Shown here: one piece after another, positions 1-14,549 of the stretch
How positions within the stretch are numbered: the stretch's first letter is position 1
Layout of the letters: every line of letters begins with the position of its first letter
Assembly: GCA_043228905.1 (NCBI GenBank)
Contig: JBHGNT010000005.1
Span: forward strand, 5,766,001-5,830,000
Source: Azolla caroliniana
Taxonomy: Eukaryota; Plantae; Polypodiophyta
Direction of reading: 5' to 3'
DNA: 64,000 nucleotides
Notes under the pieces: generated by a model
The model's database searches: none
What the model was told of the DNA's origin: nothing
The model's input: only the letters and a program-made list of their open reading frames with translations
Made by a program: the position numbers and the translations under genes

Positions 1-344
1 AGTCAAGATATATTAGTGCCTTCTTCTTCAATCATTCTTACTTTTGCTAATAGTTTCAACATGTGATTGAAATTAATAACATCTCTGGTTTGAGCCTCTG
101 GTGGCATACCTCTTTCTCTAAAATTGATAAAATCAGTTAACATGCCATTCAAATTAAATGCATGTATGATGGTTCAAGTATCTACTGGCGTAGCACTTTC
201 TTTGAAATTGTTGTAATCAGCCCATTCATCACAAGCTTTCTGTAGGTTAAGATGGGGTTCAGGATCACATGAAAATACTTTAGGTAAAGGTTACATAAAC
301 ATGCGTACGATAATGCAACCAGATATGCATCTATGATCCAATCT

Positions 345-444
345 NNNNNNNNNNNNNNNNNNNNNNNNNNNNNNNNNNNNNNNNNNNNNNNNNNNNNNNN
401 NNNNNNNNNNNNNNNNNNNNNNNNNNNNNNNNNNNNNNNNNNNN
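345..444. other. Assembly gap (100 N)
   Basis: Run of 100 N; true length unknown. Confidence 0.99.
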
Positions 445-832
445 AACCAATTGAGATTCAATCAGCAGAGATGTTGTCTGCAAAATCTGCAGATATAACT
501 TTGAGGTAACTGTCTGTTTTTCCTCAGATCATAACAGGTAAAGAACATTTTCAAACAATTGTGACTGTATTCTTCTGGGAACTGCCTCAGGGAAAGAGAA
601 GATGCATTTTTATTAGATCCTTCTGCATCAGAAGTTGACCTATACCAACTGGGCATTGGAAGCCTTCAAAATTCATGTGCTCCACAAGGAAAGAAAGTTC
701 TTCTGTATCCTCATTCTGATGTTGAGAAATGTCAAAATGCTTGTCATAGAATGTAGATGCATGTTTTTGTCAAAATGATGGTTGTAAATGAGAAAATACT
801 ATCACAACATTTGAATTCTTAAATGTTTCTAG

Positions 833-3800
833 GCGTGAGCTGCTAGATATTTCTCCTGTTTTGACTGAGGCAGCCAGTGCTATAATTGATGTGAGCAATG
901 TTTCCTTTATTTGGATAGAAAGCCTCTTAAGCTTCAAGTTAACGTTATATTTATGATGAAACACAGGATACATTTACGAGGTGTTTCAAATCAAATCCAC
1001 CTGAACCATGGAATTGGAACCTTTATTTATTTCCTCTTTGGTGTCTGGGGGTGATTGTGCGTTATCTGATTCTTTTCCCAATCAGGTGCGAGAAATCTAT
1101 TGTGCAAACCATGAAAATTAAATTTTTTGATCATATAGGAGATCAGTTGGCTATAGTGTACTTGATATGCAATGAAGCACAGGCACAGTGGTTAAAATTT
1201 AACTATTACATGAAATAAATAATTGGTTAAGTAGCATAACTGTTCCCTTATTGTCAATACAGAGAAAAATCTGTTTTTTTACAATTGAAAACTACTATTT
1301 CAGGTGAGCCTTTTTCATTCAAGGGTTCACTTGATAGTTGTTTTTGTAAGTTCAACTCTTGGTTTGGTCTTATGAATGAATGCATATGTATATCTTGATG
1401 TCTTTGACATCTCATTTGACACAACCAAAACCTTGAGCTTCATGGTTGCATTGAACAACTTGCACTGTAATGCTTAAGCTCATTGAACTCTCGAAGTTTC
1501 TAAACATTATAAAAATTCTCATGGAAACCATCTAGAAAATCCTTAACCTCCACTGGAGTCTGACTTAACCTCCCACTTCTCTATTTAACTAGTTTTCTGT
1601 TGCCATAGGCAATAATTACCATCATAATGCATCCTATCCTGTCTTTTTGCTCGATGGTCATGCTAATCACCCTACACCATCCTTAGGTGAGCATATATGT
1701 TTTATGCTATTAATACTAGCAGCCATCAGGACATCATCTTTGTTGTCCAGAATCCATCCTTGTATTTAAATCTGTACATTCATTTACAATATTCCAGAAT
1801 CCAATCCTTGTCGATTTGCTTCAGCTTTTTGCATGAATTTGGAGCTGTGCTTGTAAGACTCTTAGATCCATGCCAAAACTAAGCGCAGATTGCTCTAAAA
1901 TATGTGACTTCAAGACCCCCTTGAATCAATCCAAATAATTCAAAGAATAACCCCTAATACAAAAGCAATAGGACCACCGATAATTCTTTTCAGTTCGATG
2001 GGGCTTTCCTGCATCCATTTTTGCAACAGGAGGTGGAGACAGAAGATCAAGGAAGTAGGATTTGATCTTCTGACTTCAATAACATAGCCACCCAACCTTA
2101 CTAGACCAGCTTCCCCGCCCTTGGAAAACCAACTATTGAGTAGGCAAAAATAAGCAAAAATATATGGTTAAGATGGGAATTCCAAGTCACATCAACCAAA
2201 TGTTAGGTGCAAGGGTCATTGCTATGCTCTAGAATTATGCTGCTGCCATGCATGCTATGAACACCTTCCTTTCAAAAAACTGACACTTTCTTCTTTTTAT
2301 CACTCTCTTTACTCGACATGCAATTGAAAGAAATGAGGACAAAATCAATTTTCTCCCAATAGTCGTGTACAATGGAGAAGTTTGGGTGCCTTGCTTTCAC
2401 AGCAAGAGAAGAGAGCCACTCGTTGAACGAGATGGGCTTGAGCAAAACTTTATGATGGCTGGCAGAAAATGGAACTATACCAACAATCCTGGGGTTTTTC
2501 TCCAAAGTAGTGATTCTTGGAAAGATTGTGGTAACTAGCAACAAAAGGAAACACCTGATACTGTGGATGGAGCTGAACCCTGTAATGAGTATGAACATAT
2601 AGATGACGTGGATGAACCCACCACTCTCTTGTGTACAGTGATGGCACATGAGAAGGACTACTCTTAAAGTGTTAAAGCGGGATTACGTGCCAACTGATGT
2701 ACGTAATTATGGCATCGCATCGGAGTACGTAAAAACACTCATTAGAAGTTGTGGTTGCCAAATGGTGTCGAATGTCGGCCCGAATGAAGGTTTGGGAGCG
2801 AGCATGGCCAAATATAACAAGACCCTACCCATAGAAGTAATCAAGTTAGAAACCCACCAGTTAGATGATGCGCTCATGGATTTGCAAACCAAGTATCACA
2901 CACACGTAAAGAAAGGAGTCAACGTGGGTATGCGCGTGACTAGGTATAGTTGTCATCATGCTGGGATATCTCAACTTGCGTCTAATTCCACTCGACGATG
3001 CAGGTGCACACCCCGATGTGAGTGTACATTCCATGTGGACAATAGAATGAATGACCGGGTTGACAATGAGACACTGACCATTTCAATATATGGACCTCAT
3101 AGTGGTCATGTACCATGTAGTAGGTCGGATGTTACCATTTGCCAGCACACCCCAATGCCATAAGTCGTTGCAAAGATGACCTATTTGATGTTGGGTGTGC
3201 AAGGCATGTGGCACAAATGAGCATGCATAAGAAAGCATATCATAAGTCCAAGGCTATTCCATTAGAGCTTGTTAGCTATAGGTTCTTTATGATACCAAAG
3301 GAGGTTCATAACATGGCAAATAGGTTAAATTTGGGAGTGCCATGTTAGAGGTTGATTGTTCTTTGATGATGCAAGATGGCAATGCACTCCGAGATCTTGG
3401 GCAAGTGGCTCATGTTCAACCCTACTTGCCTAGTGAACTATGATCTCCCGCTAGACAACCATTTATCTTGATACTTAAAAATCAATGGATGTTGGAAATG
3501 TGTGAGCGGTTGACCCAAAAACAACTCTTGGGCAATCAACTCGACATTTAAAACAAACCAATTCGGGCTACCATTATATGCAGTTGTTGCCCCCAACGCC
3601 ATGGGAATTGGGATCCTGCTATGGTAGATGCTTTGTAGTTCTGATAAGGGGTCAAACCATGAGCAAGTCACATTAGAAACTTGCTTGAGAGTCATATTCA
3701 CAAGGATGCCCACGATGAGGCCAAATGCGATAATGATTGATAAATGTTGGACATCATATAATGCCATAACTAATGTGGTTGCAACCATAGTTCTAGCCAT

Positions 3801-3931
3801 ACGTCCCATTCGTGTCATACTCAAACGCCAATATTCGTATCATACTCATATGTGAAAAGGCTTCAAGTATGATTGAAATCCATACGTGGTACATAGATAT
3901 ATAGATATGGTGTATATGGTGTACATAGTGT

Positions 3932-3964
<33 letters not shown>

Positions 3965-4144
3965 CGTGTGTGGTCTGGAGAGAGAAGCCCTGTTTTGCAT
4001 GTGTGAGGAGACCGTGGTTGAGTGTATATCTAGACTCTAGAGAGAGAGAGAGAGAGAGGAGCTATGGGTTTTGTCTGTGTGAGGGAGTGTGTAATATGTA
4101 TATTAGATATCTAGATTTTGTAGAGAGAGATCTGTCAGTTCTCC

Positions 4145-4204
<60 letters not shown>

Positions 4205-6674
4205 TCAAACGTCACTTCTATTCACAAAGAATTATGAATATAACAGATAGGTGGCAGGTCAGTGGGGTTTATTAGTCAAAATGGGTATTCTCTTGTGTAC
4301 AGTGATGGCACATGAGAAGGACAACTTCCTACATGTATGATCAGATGGATTTTCATTGGCCTCATTCTTAGTTACATCGATAGTCATCTTTCACATGGCA
4401 CACAATGTAAGGTTGGGCAGATCCACATCTTATCATGTCAATTGTGGATGTAGATAGAAATATTTGATGGTCTGCATTGGAAAGGCCGTTGTCTTTGCCA
4501 GTTATGCCATGAGCTCTGCAAACAACAAGATAGGTGGCAGGTCAGTGGGGTTTATTAGTCAAAACGGGTATGACCACATGGGATGTGGGTCTCTTGCCAT
4601 ATCTTAGAAAGATCAAGCCATCATTACTCGTCACAGAAGGTATATGCAAGATTATAGGAACCCCATCTCTCTTTAACATATCCAATGAGGGGAATTGTGA
4701 GGGTAAACCACGGTATAAATAAGGTCATAGATATATCTAGGAAAAGATCAGCTCATTTCACCATCTTACTAAGCCCATGCAGAGTATTTCCTCCGGTGCA
4801 TTTCTTGCATCACTTAATATATCCTAATGGTGAACACAATTATAATTCATTCTTGCGGAGCCAGATTCTGGTTAGGGGCGTTTATCCTTGAGTAACTTTA
4901 TGAGTTATTATAAAATGCTGTAATTGAAATTTGAATAGAGAATCTTCTCTGCATGGATACTAATGTTCATGTTTTGTTGTTGGTTATGCAGAGTAGTACT
5001 TCTTGCAGCAGGTTGGGTGGTATTCCTTGCATTATTTATACCAATTCATTCGATATTGAGAGGGCATGATCACGTACGACAAATGCTGGAGGTTCATGCC
5101 ATACTTTCTACACTTCTCTTTGGGAGTCTACATTCTAATTAAGATGGATATTCATTTGCTACCATCAAATATCCATTTGCAAATAAGATTCTATATTGGA
5201 GTCTGAAAATCCTAACTATACTATGATCTGATTTTGCAGATTGTACAATAATGGGATAATTTGGCAGAATGTATGCTTATGTTAACTTGATTATCATTTG
5301 TGCTGAATAATGATTACAGAGAGGATTGGTGGAATTTATATGTGGTGTCTTTGTGGCATCGTGGACTGGTGTAGTTAGGTATCATGGACCCCGACCAAGC
5401 AGGCGACCAAAACAAGTGGGAACATTGTGTTTTTGGTGAATTTTCTTTATACTAGTTAATGAAACAAAAACTAACCATATAAACTCTAATTGCAGGTGTT
5501 TGTTGCTAATCACACATCCATGATTGATTTCATCATCTTAGAGCAAATGACTGCCTTTGCCGTTATCATGCAAAAACATCCTGGGTGGGTTGGTAAGTCT
5601 AACATCCCCATGTGAGTCTCCCTATTGAACATGATTTCAATATGTCAGCAGCCTAGCAGGTCAGAATCTGATGCAAATATGCTCATCCAGGTTTATTGCA
5701 GACAACAATTTTAGAATCTCTTGGGTGCATATGGTTCAACAGAACAGAGGCAAAAGACCGTGAAATAGTAGCAAAGAAGTCTGTGTAGAGGAACTCTGTG
5801 TTTTTTTACCTAAATTGCCTAGATTCTGATTATATTGAGGTTCATGCAGAATTAAGCAACACATTGAAGACCCGGATAAAAACCCTTTGCTTATATTTCC
5901 GGAAGGTACTTGTGTGAACAATGCGTACACTGTGATGTTTAAAAAGGTAATATATTTGCATTGTTGGAACCTAAAGACCTTCTCAGTAAATAATAATGCA
6001 CGCAAAATGAATATCCTGCATGATTGCGAAGGATCTCTTTTGCAAATCTATTGATTCTATTCTGTTTAGGGTGCCTTCGAATTGGGATGTGCGGTATGTC
6101 CAATTGCGATAAAGTACAACAAAATATTTGTTGATGCTTTTTGGAATAGCAAGAAGTAGGTCATTGTGTTTTATTCTGTCCATTCTGTACGAAATGGATT
6201 GAATTGCCAAATCTAGACAATGATGAAAGCTGGGTTGATTTTAGTGCAGACAATCTTTCACGATGCATTTGGTACAGTTGATGACCTCATGGGCTGTAGT
6301 ATGTGATGTTTGGTATATGGAGCCACAAATATTGCAACCATCAGAAACTCCTATTGAGTTTTCAGAAAGGTCACTTTTTCTTACATCATATATACTCTTG
6401 GAGGAACATGTTGTAAGACTTGATATGATATATATGTTTGTATTTGGTTTGATTTCCAGAGTTCGTGATATGATTGCGAAAAGAGCGGGCATAAAAAAGG
6501 TTCCATGGGATGGATACTTAAAGTATTATAGGCCAAGTCCAAAACTTACGGAGAAGCAGTAAGTTCCCTTGTGATGATAATAAGAAAAATTGTTAAATAA
6601 ATCTACGCTCTAATAGTAGGATTGCATGCAGACAACAGCATTTTGCAGTCTCAATGCTACCATACCTGGAGTAG
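833..6674 (+). CDS. GPAT9: Glycerol-3-phosphate acyltransferase 9 (ER GPAT9), 5'-partial, 11 exons visible
   Basis: Exons 833-890, 967-1085, 4992-5091, 5320-5415, 5496-5592, 5691-5778, 5850-5946, 6070-6155, 6250-6369, 6460-6558, 6632-6674 (TAG). All introns are GT-AG and in phase. Translation RELLDISPVLTEAASAIIDDTFTRCFKSNPPEPWNWN...VFVANHTSMIDF (HX4D)...LLIFPEGTCVNN...VPWDGYLKYYRPSP closely follows Arabidopsis GPAT9. Start exon not seen. Confidence 0.95.
1500..4900 (-). mobile_element. Highly degenerate LINE-like remnant in the 3.9-kb GPAT9 intron, split by an insertion at 2659-4288
   Basis: Minus-strand peptide scraps resemble the L1 post-RT region (GGLEV, LSKGG). Many stops; boundaries approximate. 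Confidence 0.35.
2659..3800 (+). mobile_element. Mutator-like (MULE) transposase fragment, pseudogenised
   Basis: C/H-rich WRKY-GCM1/FAR1-like N-terminal region (YSCHHAG..RCECTFHV..HSGH) followed by MULE catalytic-domain motifs NSTFKTNQFGLPLYAVV and IMIDKC. Frameshifts and stops present. Confidence 0.75.
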
Positions 6675-7221
6675 GCATATGCACAGTTTGGTTACTTGGG
6701 TTCATGATCAGATTCTATTTTAATATTCTTGACCCTTCTATACTTTAATGTAAAGATCTGTGTATCAAATGAATGATACATCCTTGGACTGTTCATCATG
6801 ACAGTTCATGGGATATAGAATAAGAGGTGAAATGTTCAGTCTGGATTCATTTTTCCAACCTTCACGCTAAGTTTATGTTCAAGCTGCACGACTTCAACGT
6901 CCCATTATTTTTTCTGTTTTAATGTTTTCACTCTGCGTCTGCTACATGATTTTCATAATTTTTTTTATGCTTGATCAAAGTTGAGCTCCTATCACATGAA
7001 AATTAAGATTTTATATGAAAGCCTTAAAAAGTTTTATCTGTAATCCCATCCCAACTAAGGGGGTTTTATTATCATAAATATGTGAAAGGTGTCCACTGCA
7101 TTGTAATTTCTTTTGAGGTTGTCACAACTTCATGCCCAACCTTCTGTTGGATAGGTGCAAATAACATTGGCCTTGCTTCTCCCATCTCATCATTAAGCAT
7201 TCCATGATTTAAAAGAAATGT

Positions 7222-7281
7222 GAAACATCAAACTCAAGACTATTTTAAGATATATTAAAATAGTCTTGAGTTTGATGTTTC
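7222..7281. repeat. Perfect 27-bp inverted repeat with 6-nt loop
   Basis: gaaacatcaaactcaagactattttaa-gatata-ttaaaatagtcttgagtttgatgtttc. Confidence 0.95.
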
Positions 7282-7729
7282 TTATGAGATTATGAAGATT
7301 GTTTTCTTATTGAATATAGGAATTTGTGTTCTTGTTAATATTACTTGGTTCAGTTACCAATTGCTCTCTAACAATGGTTAATTGCTAGTTTAGATTCTTA
7401 TTAGGAAGCAAGCATATATTGGAAGCTTAATTTGCACTAGTTAGAGGTTGAATTATGTGCCTAGTCTGAAATTTTATGAATCTAAAACTTGATGAATTGT
7501 GTCCATGGGTGGTTGCTTGTATTTCAATGATTGCACATCTAGGTTTGAAGTAGTCGATATTGTTTGTGTGATTTAATCATGTGCTCAATGTACTTTGAAA
7601 GCCTCATTCTTCATAAATGTATGTGGACTTCCAATTCGACATAGGTATACTCAACATTAAGATTGAGAAATGAAGATGTCCATAACAAATAGCATATGTA
7701 CATTGTGTATGCCTCGTTTAAGTTCCTTT

Positions 7730-8145
7730 TATGATGGTCAATGTTGTATCCTGAAATCATGATTAAGCTCATCACACATGAGAACACGTGAACAGAAACA
7801 AACATAGGGCAAAATTGCTCTTTTAATATCCCTAGATGATGGTCAATGTTGTATCCCAAAATCATGATTAAGCTCATCATATTTAAGAACACGTGAATGG
7901 AAACAAACATAGGGCAAAAATGCTCTTCTATTATATTCCAGCACAAAATAATTACAACAGTGACACTATTTTGACAAAACTAAAACATGCTTAGATGATG
8001 GCCAATGATGTATCCCAAAATCATGATTAAGCTCATCACACATAAGAACACGTGAACAGAAACAAACAAAGGGCAAAAATGCTCTTATATTATGTTCCAA
8101 CACAATATTACAACAGTCCCAATATTTTGACAAAACTAAACATGA
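7730..8145. repeat. Degenerate tandem repeat, three copies of a ~100-160 bp unit
   Basis: gatggtcaatgttgtatcc..aaatcatgattaagctcatca..agaacacgtgaa recurs at ~7733, ~7838 and ~7997. Confidence 0.85.
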
Positions 8146-8943
8146 GTTGGGACTAGTTGAGATAGCTCCAAAAACAATTTGAGGGAGAGAGAGCACCACC
8201 ACACTCCTTTGAGCAAAATCTATGAATCTAAAAATGAGGGGTGAATCCCGTCAAAGGCGAAATATGGTTGTTGGGTGGTCCCTTGGGACTACCTGTTGGG
8301 ATAGACCGTGGCAGCACCTCGTTTGGGACTATCGGGCTCATTGGTGGGTCTAGTAAAACACGAATGGCCTGGTGCTTTTACTAAGTCTAGCCTACTACTA
8401 TGTAATGCTTCCACACAACTCGAGGGTTTTCATTGCCTTCCACATTTGCCAATGTTCTACATTTTGGGTGCATTGTTACCTTCGTTATCATGGTTAGCAA
8501 TCAACAATAGTTCCGTCTTGTTTGGAAGTCTCAAAGTCAAATCGTTTGAAACCGAATTGTTTAAATTTTATGAAACCTAAACCAAAACAATTCAAACAAG
8601 ACCATTTGAGGAATTTACAAGCTCAAACCAAATGGTTCATGAGACCTATAAACAACTAAGTTGTTAGCCCACAGTTTCATTGTTTGGATTTTACATTGTA
8701 CACTAAATTTTTTAAGAAAGAAAACTAGAACATAAGTTGTTTTTTAGGATTTAAGGTTAAAAAAAAATCATGCATTAAAACCCTTCGTAATGGTTGGAAG
8801 TTGATAGAATTCGAGGCTCGAAATTGCACATTCAAAAAGCGATTCATTTACAAATCACCTTTTATTATTATTATAATGAATGAAACATCCATCAAAGACA
8901 TTAGTCAATAATTGGGCCCACCCTATAATATGACCACAAAATG

Positions 8944-8978
<35 letters not shown>

Positions 8979-8985
8979 TGCCCAG

Positions 8986-9057
8986 GTGGATGTAGCTCAG
9001 TTAGGAAGGTTGCCCAATGGAGACCAGGTGGTCATGGGTTCAACCCCTACGTTCCAC
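8986..9057 (+). mobile_element. tRNA-derived SINE head or tRNA pseudogene embedded in (GA)n
   Basis: 72 nt with A-box-like TAGCTCAGTTAGG, B-box-like GGTTCAACCCC and complementary ends GTGGA..TCCAC. The anticodon arm is not canonical. Confidence 0.55.
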
Positions 9058-9088
9058 AGTGGCATCTAGTGAAATAGAGATATATATG

Positions 9089-9146
<58 letters not shown>

Positions 9147-9237
9147 GCCAAGGCACAATAGTGTTATCGACTTACCACTAGGGTAAGCTAATTACGATAA
9201 AAAGAGAGAGAGAGAAAGATCTATTAATGTCTTCTTA

Positions 9238-9434
9238 CTAAACATGTGTTATAGTCATATGTATGAACAATGATGTATGGTCCTGGTCATGTTTGAACTC
9301 GAGACCTCGAGAACAAATGTTTAATACATGAACTCGAGACCTCGAGAACAAATGCATTAAATAGTTGAGCTAGAGAGAGAGAGAGAGAGAGGCCAATGAG
9401 AAGAATCGAGAACAAATGCATTAAACAGTTGAGC

Positions 9435-9437
<3 letters not shown>
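9238..9437 (-). mobile_element. Rearranged copies of a second tRNA-like SINE
   Basis: Reverse complement reads tagctcaactatttaatgcatttgttctcgaggtctcgagttca...gttcatacatatgactataacacatgtttag, nearly the same as 18353-18422 (+). Confidence 0.6.
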
Positions 9438-9480
<43 letters not shown>

Positions 9481-9788
9481 CCAATGAGAAGAATGTGAAT
9501 GTGGGCGAATTCATTGCTCCCCTCTGAATCTAGTCTATGTGTATGTCCACATTCATTGCTCTGTTCTGCTCAGCATTTAATATACTCTGCCCTAAACCCT
9601 GCCCTGCTCCCCCTCCCCCCCCCTCCTTCCACCACTTTCTCGTGTGCACCCTCTCCTTCTCCTCCTTCATCCTCACTCTTCTGTTAGAGAGACAGACAGA
9701 CAGACAGACAGAGAGTGAGACAGAGAGGTCACTTGGTTTGCTTCGGAACAGATTCTTCCCATCGCAATCCAACGCCCATAGATAAGCC

Positions 9789-12308
<2,520 letters not shown>

Positions 12309-13974
12309 ATCATCTCATTACTCACTATTCCTTACATTGCAGTTTAATTTTTCTAGCTTATTGCTGTAGTGGGACCAATTTGCAATATTTTCTAGCATTA
12401 TTAATGAAAATATAACTCTTTGGTGCATATGATATATTGTTTATTTCTCTTATCTGGTTGACATGGGGGACAACAGTATATACATTCTGGAGTGTAAGTG
12501 TTAGGTAAAAAAACTCTTAGTGCTGTGTAGGAGATTGAAGATGACAAACATTACATGATAAATGGAAGGCAGTGACGGAAATTTGATTAGAGCTTTCAAG
12601 TATAATGGAAGACAGTGAAGGGATTTTTTTGTGGTATTTTTGACTGGGTACACAGGTTGAAACATTCTAACGTGTATGGTTTTGTTTATGTAGATAGATA
12701 GAAACACAAAATTGAGAGGTTGGTATGCTTAATTAGAAATAAATCTCTAAAGCTCAAAAAACAAAATTAGAGACATTCAAGTCCCATTAGTTATCTTTAA
12801 AGATCCAAGGATTCATTTATTTCTATACATTTTTTAGTGGAAGTCCTCCTTATATCTTTTTGATGAGAAGTCCTGAAAGTTGTGTGAAACTGTCTTTGTT
12901 AAGAAACAATTGACATGACTTGGTTTGCAATTGTGTTATGTGCTTGGTAATGACATTCCTGCTCTCTTCAAGGTCAAGCTCATTGTTTGCAGAGTGACAT
13001 GGTATATCATGGTAAGTCCACTATTGGTTCTACTCTTAGGGCGGAGTAGCAAATGGTGAAGCTTGAGACTTCCAATAAAAACTTTTCTGGGATGTCACCT
13101 TATATACAATTCAAACTTTAAGAGGTGAGGCATCAATGCCCATAGGTTTACTGAAGTGATGGAAAACATTACCTTGTTCCAGTTATTGATGTTGCCATTG
13201 AAGATCAAACAAGTGTCTTTTAGTGTATCAGATAAACATAACCTACATTTAATGTGCATTCTTGACACCAAGGAAAACGTAATCCTCAATTCAATTGCTA
13301 TAGTTATGTTATTTATTGACCAAATGTTCCATCCATGAACATGACAAAATCATTTGCCAATACTTCAGCAATCAATTTATCTCCTTGATGGGGAAGCAAG
13401 TTTTGGTATTGTCGATGCCCTTGAATATGAAATATGTGTTTGATGGTGCATCATATAAGCACAAACTGCATTTGATATGCATTGATGACACCAAAAGGAA
13501 TGTATTCCTTATTTCAATGGCTGTAGCTATGTTGTTGATAAAAGCTTCCATGACCAGAGTCATTTGCCAATGCCCAAGCAAGTCCAACAATTCCCTAAGA
13601 TTATACCAAGTGAATCACCAAACAAAAATGGTCTCAATTAGAATCCTTGTTGTACATATCATATCAAATGTATCACCTTGGTCACTCCCATTCAAAGTAA
13701 CTTGCGACACAATACCTAACCCCAAGTTGAAATTGAGGCTTGACATCCTTGCACCAAAACTCTTTGAGACTTAAGTTGGGCAATAAAGAGCTACCTTATA
13801 TCGTCATATACATAGTTTGATGTTTGGATGCTTAATCCATTACTATTTTGTACACCCAAAATATTGTGAAAGATTTCTCTACATGTAATAAATCCATACT
13901 ACATAGGGTAGAAAACACATGATATCACCTTTAGAAGTTCTTTTAATTTGCTTTGATATCACAATCCATCCATT

Positions 13975-14549
13975 TATGGGGCTGCAGCTAACAATCGGCA
14001 ACAATTCAGTTCGGTTCGGTTCGGTTTGAGAGGGTCCAAACCAGTTTGGAACCGAACCGTTTAATTTTTTTGAAACCTGAACCTAACCGAACTGAACCGC
14101 GAAACTGTTAAACCGAACCGTTAAACATTTTTCAAACCGTTAAACCATTAAACCGTAAAAACCGCAGTTTCGTGGTTTAGTTTCGGTTTTCAACATAGGT
14201 CAATTTTTTTATTTTTTATTTTTTATTTTTTAAAATTTATAATATTTCATTATTTAGAATTTAAAATTTTTTTTAGATGTTCCTAAAATGTGAGAATAAG
14301 GTGTAAAAATGAAAAAGTTGTTTAAAAAAAAAATTTAAAAAATTTTAAAAAATAAAAAATAAAAACCGTTAAACCGTTTAAACCGCGGTTTTTGACTGTT
14401 GAAACCAAACCGAACCGTTAAAAAAAACCTAAACTTGAACTGAACCGAACCGAACTGAACCGTTGAAACCGTTAAGATGTTAAACCGCGGTTTCGCGGTT
14501 CGGTTCGATTCAAACCGAACCGTTGCCGATTGTGAGCTATAGCACCCTA
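13975..14549. mobile_element. Non-autonomous hAT-like element (MITE-like)
   Basis: 28-bp imperfect TIRs (TATGGGGCTGCAGCTAACAATCGGCAAC vs TAGGGTGCTATAGCTCACAATCGGCAAC, 23/28), dense subterminal AACCG/CGGTT motifs and an AT-rich core. No 8-bp TSD retained. Confidence 0.75.

Noticed and set aside
3930-4202. ORFs with RERERE or SLSLSL runs (also near 45960, 47500 and 48560)
   Set aside because: Translations of (GA)n microsatellites.
8986-9057. Functional tRNA gene
   Set aside because: The anticodon arm does not fold canonically, there is no poly-T terminator, and it sits in a microsatellite.
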